Assembly: GCA_964348665.1 (NCBI GenBank)
Contig: CAYGDP010000001.1
Location: 66,767 to 130,766, forward strand
DNA from: an uncultured Verrucomicrobiota bacterium
GTDB taxonomy: Bacteria; Verrucomicrobiota; Verrucomicrobiia; Palsa-1439; CAYGDP01
Length of the DNA stretch: 64,000 bases
Direction: 5' to 3'
A model generated the notes under the pieces. That model was not told the origin of the DNA, ran no database searches, and saw only the letters and a program-made list of their open reading frames with translations. A program made the translations under genes and the position numbers. Positions 27,675-37,213 of this stretch are shown piece after piece; the stretch's first letter is position 1, and each line of letters starts with the position of its first letter.

Positions 27675-28069
27675 GTTTTACCCATCAGATTTTTTTGAGC
27701 TTGATCCGCCAACTCTCGAAGGCCGACACCCGCGCTGCCGAGAATCGCCCCCAGTAAAGTCCCCTGACCGAAACTCTGCGACATCGCGAAATCAGCGGCC
27801 GCGCCGAGCAGCGGCGCCAGGATTGGCAACAGCCAGCCCGGAAACTTCGGCAGAAAAATTTTCAGCAAACCGAGCACGACTGGCACGATAATCGGCACCA
27901 ACAAAAGAAAAGTGCTATTCACCGGCGCCGCCGCACTCGGCGTAGCGACGATCGGCGCGGCCCCCGCCGTAGCCGCAGCACCCGCCGCCGCATCATCACC
28001 AAAACCAAACATCACCAACGCGCCCAGCGCGCAGGTCAGGCACATCACGAACAATGTAAAACGCTTCAT
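27671..28069 (-). CDS. holin-like polytopic membrane protein
   Basis: 132 aa with 3-4 TMs. Position upstream of the terminase genes is the same as the Mu lysis module. Confidence 0.4.
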   Translation of the reverse strand: MKRFTLFVMCLTCALGALVMFGFGDDAAAGAAATAGAAPIVATPSAAAPVNSTFLLLVPIIVPVVLGLLKIFLPKFPGWLLPILAPLLGAAADFAMSQSFGQGTLLGAILGSAGVGLRELADQAQKNLMGKT

Positions 28070-28422
28070 TTTGAATCTCCTTTTTGGGTTGATCCCTGCA
28101 ATTGGCCAATCGCAAGGAAGAGTTGATTGAAACTCGCCTGATTGGATCGCGTCATCTCGTCCAGTTTCTTATCCATCGCCCGATCGTGGGCGTCTCGGGC
28201 ATTTTGAAACTCGGCGATCCTGGCATTCAGGTCCGACTCGGTTTTCGCCAGCGCCGCCTTCGTGGCAAAATCGTCGGACTTACCGCGGAGCCGATGCACC
28301 ACGTTCAGGATTCCGGCGAAGAGGTTTACCAGCAGCAGCAACGACACCAGCACACCGCCCACCAGTGCCCACGATGGCGGATCCGATGGTAAGTTTGTTT
28401 CCGCAAACAGGGGCGCGTACAT
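28066..28422 (-). CDS. type-II membrane protein with periplasmic coiled coil (i-spanin/Rz-like)
   Basis: N-terminal TM WALVGGVLVSLLLLVNLFAGIL followed by a helical charged domain. Confidence 0.4.
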   Translation of the reverse strand: MYAPLFAETNLPSDPPSWALVGGVLVSLLLLVNLFAGILNVVHRLRGKSDDFATKAALAKTESDLNARIAEFQNARDAHDRAMDKKLDEMTRSNQASFNQLFLAIGQLQGSTQKGDSK

Positions 28423-28460
28423 GCTCCGCAGTGTGCTACGGAAACTGCGGGGGGTCTAAC

Positions 28461-28487
28461 TGCCCTGCGCGCCCTGCGCGCCCTGCG
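28461..28487. repeat. 9-bp tandem repeat (CCCTGCGCG x3)
   Basis: Three perfect tandem copies in the intergenic region. Near-palindromic GC-rich flanks. Confidence 0.5.
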
Positions 28488-28554
28488 CGCGGCAGGCCAG
28501 CGTTACGATTGAAGTTGGAACAAGCTCCGTTGGTCTGGTTGGCAAGGAGAAGAA

Positions 28555-28830
28555 TCAGCCTAATGGTAGACCAAAATCTTCCGTTGGAAGTTGAAGGGCG
28601 GCGCAGATTGAGCGGATAGTATCAGGCAATAGCCTCTCTTCATCTTCAATGCAGACAAGGCAGACAAGCGACTCACCATGGAACTCACGCTGGAGGTATT
28701 GAACCAAATCTTGACCATCTGGACCCTCGATGGAAATTTCCGAGTGTTTCAACTGAACATCGTGATTTTCTTCAACGAAGGCGACAAATTCTCGCCACGT
28801 CGGGAATTGCGCCATCGGGTATGCGCTCAT
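28555..28830 (-). CDS. hypothetical protein
   Basis: 91-aa ORF, ATGA-coupled to 28827..29231. Confidence 0.3.
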   Translation of the reverse strand: MSAYPMAQFPTWREFVAFVEENHDVQLKHSEISIEGPDGQDLVQYLQREFHGESLVCLVCIEDEERLLPDTIRSICAALQLPTEDFGLPLG

Positions 28831-29231
28831 TCACACTGTTGTGCTTCCGCCACATGGACGGGCGCAGCCCCACGCGGCAACTCATTAGTCGGAAACCGTT
28901 TTGGCACAAGCTCACTGGGAGGCGCTAAAGAAAAAGGCTGCTCCAAGGCGCGGCCGCTTTGATAAGTTTCCCAAAATCTCTTTGGGGCTGGCTTGATTCC
29001 GTTGAGCACCGGCGTTTTCGTCTCGAAGGCATATACGAAATACCCCAGCACCGTTCGCATGAACCGATTTTCCAAGCGCTCCAACGTTGGGGCTTGAGCT
29101 ACAATGTCGTATTCCAGCCCTTGCGCCACCCAGACTTCTTTCCCTTTGATTGCCCGTGGGAACACCAAGACTTGAATTTTGAACTCACTGCCTTTCGGCG
29201 AGAGACGATTCATGGGGATCTCCATTTTCAT
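28827..29231 (-). CDS. hypothetical protein
   Basis: 134-aa ORF in the prophage left arm. Confidence 0.3.
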   Translation of the reverse strand: MKMEIPMNRLSPKGSEFKIQVLVFPRAIKGKEVWVAQGLEYDIVAQAPTLERLENRFMRTVLGYFVYAFETKTPVLNGIKPAPKRFWETYQSGRALEQPFSLAPPSELVPKRFPTNELPRGAAPVHVAEAQQCE

Positions 29232-29382
29232 TTCGGGGGCAACGACACTCAGAAATATCAGAAGTCGTGCATCTCCCGATGCTTCAAAACTACCACACCT
29301 ACCCCAAGCCTGTCAACAACCCCGCTCAGAACTCGCCCAGGAAAAACCCGACTGAAATGTTCCGCGCCATCTTCCCTTGCGC

Positions 29383-30231
29383 TCATGGTTTGGCCGACGC
29401 GGTTTTGTGCCGAAGCCAAAGAAAAATAAGAAAACCACCGACAGCGATTATGTTTAGAGCAATGGTTGTCCACCAGAAAACACTTTCCCTCCGCTGCTTG
29501 GCGCGCTTCTCTTCCAGTATGGGATAAAATGCGCTGAGACCGCTGTCATAGAACTCCGCCCGTCCAACTTCCTGAATTTTTTTCGCCCGCTTTATCGCCA
29601 CCCGCACTGCCTCACGGATACGTTCCGACTGTGTATTGTCAGCATAGATTTTTTGTAATGCCTCGACAGCCCGTGGCTGGGCGGAATCGCCTACGGCACG
29701 AATTGCACCTACAAGAACATCCTCCCGCTCTATTTTATGACCGGATGCATTCCGATGTGGGAATGTTGTGCCTTTGACTCTATAGGTTTCTGGCTCAATG
29801 GTCGCCAGCAAATAGGTTAATGCTTTTTCGCTGCCCTTGCCAGCGATATTCACTATTGCGTTTGAGCAGCCTGGGCAAGCCCAGCGGCCCGGTTCGGTCC
29901 CTTGGCGCTCAAGTCGCTCAATGATGGGTTTAACCGCCCGCTCATCGCCGATAATACCCAGAACTTCAATCACATTGTCCCACCATTGTTCCTCTTTTGG
30001 ATCATTTAGCATTTCCAGCAGCGTCGGTACGACACTCGAGTCAAGTTTTGTCGTTTCCCCGTAGTTAACCCCATGGTGCATCGAGGCAATGGGGGGATTG
30101 CGTACGAAGTCTTTTATGTCCCGCCCTTGCCCCAAGCTCGTAGAAAACGAGACAGCCGTTAATCCCAAAATGGACACCAACCGGCAAAGGTTTGAGACTC
30201 GCTTTTCAGTTTTCATGTTGCCATACCTCAC
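29383..30231 (-). CDS. secreted/membrane-anchored HEAT-repeat protein
   Basis: Signal peptide, PBS-lyase/HEAT-like repeats (PTLLEMLNDP...AVKPIIERL...AVEALQKIY) and a C-terminal TM. Lower-GC segment. Confidence 0.45.
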   Translation of the reverse strand: MRYGNMKTEKRVSNLCRLVSILGLTAVSFSTSLGQGRDIKDFVRNPPIASMHHGVNYGETTKLDSSVVPTLLEMLNDPKEEQWWDNVIEVLGIIGDERAVKPIIERLERQGTEPGRWACPGCSNAIVNIAGKGSEKALTYLLATIEPETYRVKGTTFPHRNASGHKIEREDVLVGAIRAVGDSAQPRAVEALQKIYADNTQSERIREAVRVAIKRAKKIQEVGRAEFYDSGLSAFYPILEEKRAKQRRESVFWWTTIALNIIAVGGFLIFLWLRHKTASAKP

Positions 30232-32147
30232 TTCATTCTGAACTTATCACACTCGCTTTGATCCAGTGTGTTCCGTCCCGGCCCGCCTTCGAACATAATT
30301 CTGTGAGTCGGTTTTCCAGAGGCAGAACCGTAATGGGGAAGCCCCTTTTGGTGTCCAAACTCATGCGCCCAATCCGAGGGTGGAGCATTTTGGTCCAGAA
30401 TACTCTGTTTCGCCAAAGTGCAACCATCAATTGCGGGATCGTATTGAAGACCGCACGCCTGTATATCTGTAACAATCATGATATTTGCTTTGCTGGCTAG
30501 GAAGACATCTGCTTGTTCATTTACCCTCTTGTCTGCATTTATGTCTTTGCCATCAACGATTTGCGGGGGAAAATCGCCGACGATGTCATGCCCGTCATTC
30601 AACTCCCCGAATGTTCCGACACTTCCCTTGAGCTTGAGCACGACGCAGCAACGCACATCGTCCTCAATGTCCTTGCGTTTCAGTAGGAGTGTTGCCCTCG
30701 CAAACTTGTCAATGACGTAGTTATTTAATATCTTTTGGTCATTGTTGAACCCGATCTGGAAAGACTTTTTATGAATGGCGACGGTGACTTCATGGGTAAC
30801 CACCTCCACCGCCTCAAACTCGCTGGTCGAAACACCTTGCTCAGTTCCATCGAGCCGCAGGTTGCCATCATCCGCCCAGAAAGTTACCTTATACGTTCCC
30901 TTAACCGGCAACTGTGTTTTGAAGGTCACTCCCTTGCCGCTCTTCACGGGCACGATCGTCACAATGGTCTGGCCGCCCATGGTCTTGGTCTCTTTCCGCT
31001 CCAGTTTCCAAGCCACCCCCGGTGGATTGTCCACTTCCGGGTCGGTGGATACGCGAGCACGGATGGAATCCCCGACGCAGAAATTCTCCGGATCGGAAGA
31101 ATAGATCTCGTCGTCTTCGCCCACAGCTTTCACCTCTGGCTCGACGAGCTTGAAAACCGCGAGATTCACGCCATCTTCACGGTGGGTCGTTGCTTCCTGT
31201 GCGAAGGGAACCGAAATGGCCGGTCTCAAAATCTGCATCGTCAAATTTCCCGTACCCCCGCTGATCCCTTCCACATAGACGGGGTTGGGCAAGTGACCTC
31301 GGCCAACCTCGAACGTTTGGTTTGTAATGTCATTCCCACCAACGGCTGCGTCCCAGACACGGATATTACCCAGCGCACGCAGACGGATCTGCCATGGTCC
31401 CTCGAAATCCACCGTCCTGAGCACCGGCAGAGCGGCCCCATAATCAATATACTGATAACTCGATGGAAATTGAGTCGGCAAAGTCATCTTCGCGGCAGCT
31501 CGCAGACCCACGCCCAAGAGCTTGCCGGGGCCATCCTCCACCAGATCATCAGTGGCCGGATCCAAAACCCCGTCATTGTTGGAGTCGGTATCCAGACTGA
31601 CCACGAATACCTCCAATGATGCGCTGCTCACCGAGTTGCTGGCCGTCACCGTGATGGTTTGGCCCGGCTCGGCGTTTGGAAAGGCAATGACAGCGTTGCC
31701 TATAATCTGGAGGGAACAGTCAGGCTCGACGGGAATAGGCGGTGGAAGATGTGACCAAACAACGGGTTCATGGTAGCTAACAGAAAGAAACTGATTGATC
31801 GCGTTGAAAGCGCCAGATCCGCCGTGCGGCGTAATAAAAACGGGGTTTATCGTGGAGGGAGTTGGGATGAAATATTCCCAGATGCCGATGATTGGCGGCC
31901 CCGGACAGGTCGCCTCAGCCGCGGCTGCCGTTTCGGATGGCGGCGGGTCTACGCCGGGGACGGTGGTCGCACCACCGCAGCAAATCCCGCTGCTGGGACT
32001 GGTACCAATACTGATCAACGTCGCCGCCATCACAACGGCACAAAGTAACACCACCAACACTTTTGCGCTAGTCCTGCCGCCTTGGTTATTGGTTTGCATG
32101 TATTCCCTCCTTGTGGGGCAACTATCTAGCCACATTGCGACCACCAT
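30228..32147 (-). CDS. secreted zinc-metalloprotease-like protein (HEFGH motif)
   Basis: Signal peptide. Long beta-rich N-terminal region. C-terminal HExxH (AHEFGHQKGLPH). ATGA-coupled to the downstream HEAT-repeat gene. Confidence 0.5.
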   Translation of the reverse strand: MVVAMWLDSCPTRREYMQTNNQGGRTSAKVLVVLLCAVVMAATLISIGTSPSSGICCGGATTVPGVDPPPSETAAAAEATCPGPPIIGIWEYFIPTPSTINPVFITPHGGSGAFNAINQFLSVSYHEPVVWSHLPPPIPVEPDCSLQIIGNAVIAFPNAEPGQTITVTASNSVSSASLEVFVVSLDTDSNNDGVLDPATDDLVEDGPGKLLGVGLRAAAKMTLPTQFPSSYQYIDYGAALPVLRTVDFEGPWQIRLRALGNIRVWDAAVGGNDITNQTFEVGRGHLPNPVYVEGISGGTGNLTMQILRPAISVPFAQEATTHREDGVNLAVFKLVEPEVKAVGEDDEIYSSDPENFCVGDSIRARVSTDPEVDNPPGVAWKLERKETKTMGGQTIVTIVPVKSGKGVTFKTQLPVKGTYKVTFWADDGNLRLDGTEQGVSTSEFEAVEVVTHEVTVAIHKKSFQIGFNNDQKILNNYVIDKFARATLLLKRKDIEDDVRCCVVLKLKGSVGTFGELNDGHDIVGDFPPQIVDGKDINADKRVNEQADVFLASKANIMIVTDIQACGLQYDPAIDGCTLAKQSILDQNAPPSDWAHEFGHQKGLPHYGSASGKPTHRIMFEGGPGRNTLDQSECDKFRMK

Positions 32148-32195
32148 GTCACGCCCAAAGAATCAAGCACGCTGCCCGCATAACCCTCCACGCAA

Positions 32196-32810
32196 TCATT
32201 CAGCAGAGAGACATTCCCACTTTTCAATTGTGGCCTTCGAACCAAGCACGGTGACATAGCTAAAAATCCCAACCTTCTTTGCCCTGAAGATTAACACTTT
32301 CCCATCGGTCATCCCTTCTTGATTTGGATGACCGACAAGCAATACTTTTGTCTGCCCACGATCAGATGGTCCCGGTTGAACCAACAAGCCGTCCGAAATT
32401 ACCTGAATGACTTCGCCGTACCCGTTAAAAATCCCGACCTTCTCATCTTCTTTGCGCTGAGCTTCACGCCTGGCGTTTACCAAATTTCGCGCCTCAACCT
32501 CTTTGCGCTTTTGTTCGGCCTCGACTTTCGCTTTTGCCGAAGCTTCACGGACTTGCTTGGGATCGAGCCGTAAATCATTCTTCAAAACCGTGTCAGTCAG
32601 AGAATCCAATGGGATATACGCCAGCCCCTTTTTATGGCTCATGGAAACTGTCAAGCCATCAACCCGAATCCACTTGGCGTTTTCGTAGACCTTGCCATCA
32701 ATAATCATCCGCTTTCCTGCTGGTTCGGCAGACAGACCGGATGCGCAAAACACCGCTGAACCTATCATCGCCAATATTAGCTTGTGCATTTTCCCTCCCC
32801 TATGGTTCAA
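32196..32810 (-). CDS. secreted hypothetical protein with a charged helical segment
   Basis: Signal peptide MHKLILAMIGSAVFCASGLSA. KAKVEAEQKRKEVEARNLVNARREAQRKEDEK coiled coil. Confidence 0.4.
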   Translation of the reverse strand: MNHRGGKMHKLILAMIGSAVFCASGLSAEPAGKRMIIDGKVYENAKWIRVDGLTVSMSHKKGLAYIPLDSLTDTVLKNDLRLDPKQVREASAKAKVEAEQKRKEVEARNLVNARREAQRKEDEKVGIFNGYGEVIQVISDGLLVQPGPSDRGQTKVLLVGHPNQEGMTDGKVLIFRAKKVGIFSYVTVLGSKATIEKWECLSAE

Positions 32811-33489
32811 ACTTCGTGATCACCGGGCAAGCCTTTAGGATGTCCGCCTTGTCCAGCGTGATCGGTTTATATTTTTCGTTCCGGCTGGTCAAAACGATCT
32901 TGCCAGCGCGCTCGTGGTAGATCTTCAACATCGTCTCTCGCGCTTTCGTCTTCACCACCGCCGCCTGCCCAGAGTGCGGGCGCAAATCCGTCGCGATGAT
33001 CACCCGATCCCCCTCGTTGTAACTCGGCTCCATGCTGTCGCCCTTCACGATGATCCCCACCAAATCATCGCGGCTGCTCTCCACTTTGCGATACTCATCA
33101 ATATGCCAACCCGGATCCGAAAAAATCTCGCCCTGCCCGGCTTGCGCCCACGTTACAACCGGAACCAATTGAACCTTCTTCGATATTAAATAATGCCCGC
33201 GCGATTCGCGGATCACGGATGACGGAAGCGAATCGGTATCGTGTGGGGCTGCTACCTCGCGGGGATTTTTCCCACTCAATAACCATTCTTCCCGGACGCC
33301 GAGCGCCAGCGAAATTCCACCCAAGATGCTGGGATGATAGCTTTTCCCCTTTTCGACGCGCGCGATCGTCTGTTGTTTTTGACTAACCAGCTCTGCGAGC
33401 TTTGCCTGCGAAAGACCCGCGGCCATACGAGCCTCGGCGGCGCGCCCGCCGATTTGCTCTCGAAGCGCCTGTGAAATGCCCCTACTCAT
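32800..33489 (-). CDS. prophage repressor: XRE-type HTH fused to an S24 LexA-like autopeptidase domain
   Basis: N-terminal HTH (LSQAKLAELVSQKQQTIARVEKG). C-terminal GDSMEP (S24 Ser motif) with the downstream Lys (ETMLKIY). Divergent from the Cro/Ner-like gene. Confidence 0.8.
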   Translation of the reverse strand: MSRGISQALREQIGGRAAEARMAAGLSQAKLAELVSQKQQTIARVEKGKSYHPSILGGISLALGVREEWLLSGKNPREVAAPHDTDSLPSSVIRESRGHYLISKKVQLVPVVTWAQAGQGEIFSDPGWHIDEYRKVESSRDDLVGIIVKGDSMEPSYNEGDRVIIATDLRPHSGQAAVVKTKARETMLKIYHERAGKIVLTSRNEKYKPITLDKADILKACPVITKFEP

Positions 33490-33503
33490 TTTTTACAAAA
33501 AAA

Positions 33504-33535
33504 TGTGTTGACTCAACACAAAAACGTGTTAGATT
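33504..33535. promoter_or_regulatory. operator/promoter region between the repressor and Cro/Ner-like genes
   Basis: Perfect palindrome TGTGTTGAcTCAACACA (33504-33520), overlapping palindrome AACACaaaaacGTGTT (33515-33530). Sigma-70-like -35 TTGACT and -10 TAGATT with a 16-nt spacer. Confidence 0.5.
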
Positions 33536-33541
33536 CCTTGC

Positions 33542-33802
33542 GTGCAAACAATGAACCGGAACCATGAGAGTTGCAAGCCCCAAATTTCCCAGCGCGCCGC
33601 CGCGGAGCTACTCGGTACAACCGAGAGTCATTTTTGCCGCGTGTTGCGCGGGGAACGTCGCAGCCAGCGGCTTAGCCGCGCACTCAATCAATTACGTCGC
33701 AGCTACCGGATCGTTTATTACACCCGTCAACTCAAGGAGAAAACACCATCAAGGAGAATCCATGAAAAAACCAGGAGCAAGGAGTCAGTCCGAAACCAGT
33801 AA
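33542..33802 (+). CDS. Cro/Ner-like small HTH DNA-binding protein
   Basis: ISQRAAAELLGTTESHFCRVLRGER HTH. Position divergent from the repressor. The 3' end is uncertain because of an overlapping 59-codon ORF at 33762..33941 that has its own ribosome-binding site. Confidence 0.4.
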   Translation: MQTMNRNHESCKPQISQRAAAELLGTTESHFCRVLRGERRSQRLSRALNQLRRSYRIVYYTRQLKEKTPSRRIHEKTRSKESVRNQ

Positions 33803-34340
33803 ACCCGCCGCCAACATCATTCGCTTTCCCTCGCGCTATCGCGGCAGTTTCAGCACGAGTCAGGCACGCGAGCGCCGCCGTGCACAGGCCGATTTCTTAC
33901 GCGCCAGCGCCAACCTTCACGAGGAAGCTGCGCGCGCATGATCAACGCCCCGATCAATGGGGATTCCGGGGTTAAATCCACGCGAGCACCGCGCGCACGG
34001 CGAGCAACGCTCCTCGATTCGCGCCGCCAATCCCGGCACGCTCCCCACTCGCCATGCGGGTCAACCCAAAACTTTTTCTGCGCCCCATGACACCCACACC
34101 AACGCCCCCATCTCATTTCCGTCGCGGCCCAGCCCTGTTGGTGCAGGATGTATCCATCAACGATTGCACCTGTGGCAACTGTGTTTTGCATCGGTGTGTT
34201 TTGCTTGTGGATTACGCGCCGATGGTAATCGAGGTGTTAGGCAACCGCCAACGGCCACCCACGCTCGGGCGCATCCTGCATCTTTTCATTCACCGGCCAA
34301 ACCTATTTCGACAACTCGTAGTTACCAAGGAGACAAAACC

Positions 34341-34586
34341 ATGAGTTACTTAACCGAGATTTTAGATCGCCGCCTGCTACCGATCAGCACGGCAAATCGC
34401 AATCTGAAAACCGCCCTGTATCGGCTGCGAAAGCTTCGTGGTATTCGCGCGACGATGCGGCGCGGCGCATCATTTGGCGTCGCCTGTAGCCTGAATCAGA
34501 CGAATCGCCGCAACGCGCTGATCTGGATCAGGGCTTACAACAAATTCGGCATGGCTGGCCTCGTCGGAAAACATGGAGGAAAATGA
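34341..34586 (+). CDS. small HTH protein (IS3-OrfA/HTH_28-like)
   Basis: ACSLNQTNRRNALIWIRAYNKFGMAGLV resembles the transposase-type HTH. Ribosome-binding site AAGGAGA. ATGA-coupled downstream. Confidence 0.4.
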   Translation: MSYLTEILDRRLLPISTANRNLKTALYRLRKLRGIRATMRRGASFGVACSLNQTNRRNALIWIRAYNKFGMAGLVGKHGGK

Positions 34587-35395
34587 ACGCCAACGGAAAA
34601 ATTCAACACATCAACCCAGAACTTCTTGTTCCGCATCCTTTGACTGAACTCGTACCGATGACGGCGGAGGATGAATCCCAAAATGTCGCGTTAATCGAGA
34701 GCATTCGGGAGCGCGGAATTGACCAGGCAATCTTGGCGGACGCCAGCTATAAAATCCTCGATGGCCGCCATCGGCATCGCGCGGCGAAGACTCTAAAACT
34801 CGCCACTGTGCCGGTTGTAATCCGAGAGGAAACCGAGGCCGCGAGCATCATCTTGGATTCCCTTCTTGCCCGCCGTCACTTTACCAAAAGCGCGCTGGCC
34901 TACATCGCGTTACCGCTCTACGACAAAGCCGCCGCTGAGGGGCGACAGCGTAGGACGGGAGCTAAGCCGAGTGGCTCGGCTTTCGCTATGAAAGCGAGTG
35001 ATTTTTCAACCCGTTTAGGCATCTCAAAAGACACCTTTGAACAAGCTCGCGATGTTCGAGAATTGTTCGCCAAACGCCCTGATTTGAAGGCTGAATTTGA
35101 GCCCAAAATTTTTAGCGGGGATATGAGCCTCTGGAATGTTCGTAGCGCAGCGGGCGGTCGCGACAAAACCAAAGGCGTCGCCCGCAAAGACAGCCAGCGC
35201 ACCTTTGAAGATCTGGTCGGCGATTGGATCGAGCTAGGCGTTCATCGCCTCAAACATTGGGAGAAAATCGGCAGTAAAGCCGATCGGCTCAAACTAACCC
35301 ACAAAGCTGCCGATGCGCTTGTTGGCGCTTTCCCCGACGAATGGTTGCCGGCATTGGAACGCGCGATCCGTGCGCGAAAAGGAGAGACGCGATGA
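34583..35395 (+). CDS. ParB-like nuclease domain protein
   Basis: ILDGRHRHRAA (ParB/sulfiredoxin DGxHR motif). Confidence 0.6.
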   Translation: MNANGKIQHINPELLVPHPLTELVPMTAEDESQNVALIESIRERGIDQAILADASYKILDGRHRHRAAKTLKLATVPVVIREETEAASIILDSLLARRHFTKSALAYIALPLYDKAAAEGRQRRTGAKPSGSAFAMKASDFSTRLGISKDTFEQARDVRELFAKRPDLKAEFEPKIFSGDMSLWNVRSAAGGRDKTKGVARKDSQRTFEDLVGDWIELGVHRLKHWEKIGSKADRLKLTHKAADALVGAFPDEWLPALERAIRARKGETR

Positions 35396-37194
35396 CTGAT
35401 ACACAAACCCGCGAACTGACGCGACGCAATCAAATCGTGTGCGCCGCCATCCCTCTGTTGAATCAGGGCGGCAGCTATGCAGCCGTCGCGCGCAGGCTCG
35501 GCGAGAATAAAGTCTCGCTATATCGGTGGGTATCGGTATTTCGAAAAGGCGGCGATGCGGCGCTTATCCCTCAATCCACCAACAGCGGGCGCAAAGCGGA
35601 CTTCAATCTGACCGACGACGAAGCCGCCGCTCTGCGATATTGGCGGCTGGTGCGCGGCAGCCTGGCCTCGGCGATTCCCGATTTCACGCAGTCGCGCGAG
35701 TGCCGCCCCGAGACGCGCGCGAAAATCCTCGCCATCCAGGACCGTGCCGCGCGCGATCGCCGTATTCCCAACTGGCCGATGTCGCTCCGGCGCGCGGGTC
35801 ATGTAACCGCCGATGATGAAGCCTTGTTCCGCGGCTGCAAACATTTTCAGGAGGTCGAGTTTTGCCAGCGGCGCGGCAACTTCATCGTGGATGAAGCGGG
35901 CAACCAGATCGAACTCGCCCCAAACACGATTTGGGAATCGGACGATATGTCCGTCAACGAACCGTTTTCCTACGTGGATGCCGACACCGGCGAGACCAAA
36001 CTCGGTCGCCAAACTCTTTGGACGCAGGATGTCTATAGCGCCAAATGGATCGGCACGACTCCATTGGGCCGCGCCAAGGACGCCTATCGCGTCGAGGATA
36101 TCGCTGACCACATTTTCAACTGCGTGCTTCAATTCGGGCTGCCGACCATCTGGCGTATCGAGCGCGGCGTGTGGGACAACAACTGGGTGGACGGCTTTGA
36201 GCTGCCCGATGGCTCCCGTTGGGGCGGCCTCGATGCGCTGATGCGCATCCAAAAGGTTTTCAAATCACGCGGCAAAGGCGGCATCGAATCTAACTTCAAT
36301 CTCCTCCAAACCATCAACGCCCACAAATCCACCAGCATTGGTCGCAGCCGGAGCGAGTTCGAGGCCGCCACAAAACTTTTCCTGTCCGCCCAAAAAGGAA
36401 ACACGGAGGCCGCCGCGAAATTCTGGAACATTGCCGAGTGTGCCGATGGCCTGCTCGAAACCGCTCGCGCGGCGGATGCCCGCGCCAAACAACGCCGTGC
36501 CTTCGGACGCGATGTCGTAGTTCCCAACGATCTTTACGCCGCGGCAACCAAACGGGAAATTCCAGCCGATCAATTGTGGCGATTCTGCCCCATCAAGCGC
36601 TCGGCCACTGTGCGCGGAGGTCACGTCGAGGTCAGCGTCAATCATTATCCCCTGCCGTTCCGATTTCGCGTCAACGGCGTTGAGGATCTGCACCTAGAAC
36701 AAGGCTATGCGGTGTTGATTGCGTTCCATCCCGGGCGCGCCCACGAGGGCTGCCACGTTTTCAGCGCCGAGACCGGCAGCCGGAACCGATTCGGTCTCAA
36801 ATTTAGCGAGAAGATTTTGCTCGCCCCGATGGCCGAGGATGCCCCGCAGATTTCCATGAGCCGTGATGAGCAGCAATTTCTGGCCCGGCGCAAAGCCAAC
36901 GCGGCGGCGCGCACCGAGTTCCGCGCCATCGTAGCGGCAGGTACGCGCGGCCGACGCGAATCCATCGCGCGCGATTCCTACGGCAACACGCAGCGGATCG
37001 AGACCCAACAGATTTCGGGGGCGAGCGGGCCGCAAACTGACCGTTTGCAAAATGCGCCCACAAGTGCCGCCCCCGTTATTTCCGCGCCACGCCGCCGCGC
37101 GACGCCAGAATACGACGAGGCGGAGACGCGCAATCGCATCAAGGAAAACGAAGACGCCCTGCGCGAGCAAGGTGTCGTGATCGAAGAATCGTAA
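35392..37194 (+). CDS. Mu-type DDE transposase (MuA-like)
   Basis: 600 aa. N-terminal HTH region, central DDE core (WESDDMS...), Mu-transposase-like C-terminal domain. Follows the repressor and Cro/Ner-like gene, as in Mu. Confidence 0.7.
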   Translation: MTDTQTRELTRRNQIVCAAIPLLNQGGSYAAVARRLGENKVSLYRWVSVFRKGGDAALIPQSTNSGRKADFNLTDDEAAALRYWRLVRGSLASAIPDFTQSRECRPETRAKILAIQDRAARDRRIPNWPMSLRRAGHVTADDEALFRGCKHFQEVEFCQRRGNFIVDEAGNQIELAPNTIWESDDMSVNEPFSYVDADTGETKLGRQTLWTQDVYSAKWIGTTPLGRAKDAYRVEDIADHIFNCVLQFGLPTIWRIERGVWDNNWVDGFELPDGSRWGGLDALMRIQKVFKSRGKGGIESNFNLLQTINAHKSTSIGRSRSEFEAATKLFLSAQKGNTEAAAKFWNIAECADGLLETARAADARAKQRRAFGRDVVVPNDLYAAATKREIPADQLWRFCPIKRSATVRGGHVEVSVNHYPLPFRFRVNGVEDLHLEQGYAVLIAFHPGRAHEGCHVFSAETGSRNRFGLKFSEKILLAPMAEDAPQISMSRDEQQFLARRKANAAARTEFRAIVAAGTRGRRESIARDSYGNTQRIETQQISGASGPQTDRLQNAPTSAAPVISAPRRRATPEYDEAETRNRIKENEDALREQGVVIEES

Positions 37195-37213
37195 ACACAA
37201 AATCAAGGAGACC

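Noticed and set aside
28461-28487. Possible CRISPR array
   Set aside because: Only three 9-bp tandem units with no spacers. There is no CRISPR repeat-spacer architecture anywhere in the window.
33762-33941. 59-codon ORF with its own AAGGAGA ribosome-binding site overlapping the Cro/Ner-like gene's 3' end
   Set aside because: Cannot decide between this and the longer Cro/Ner-like frame. The Cro/Ner-like annotation is kept at low confidence and the ambiguity noted.
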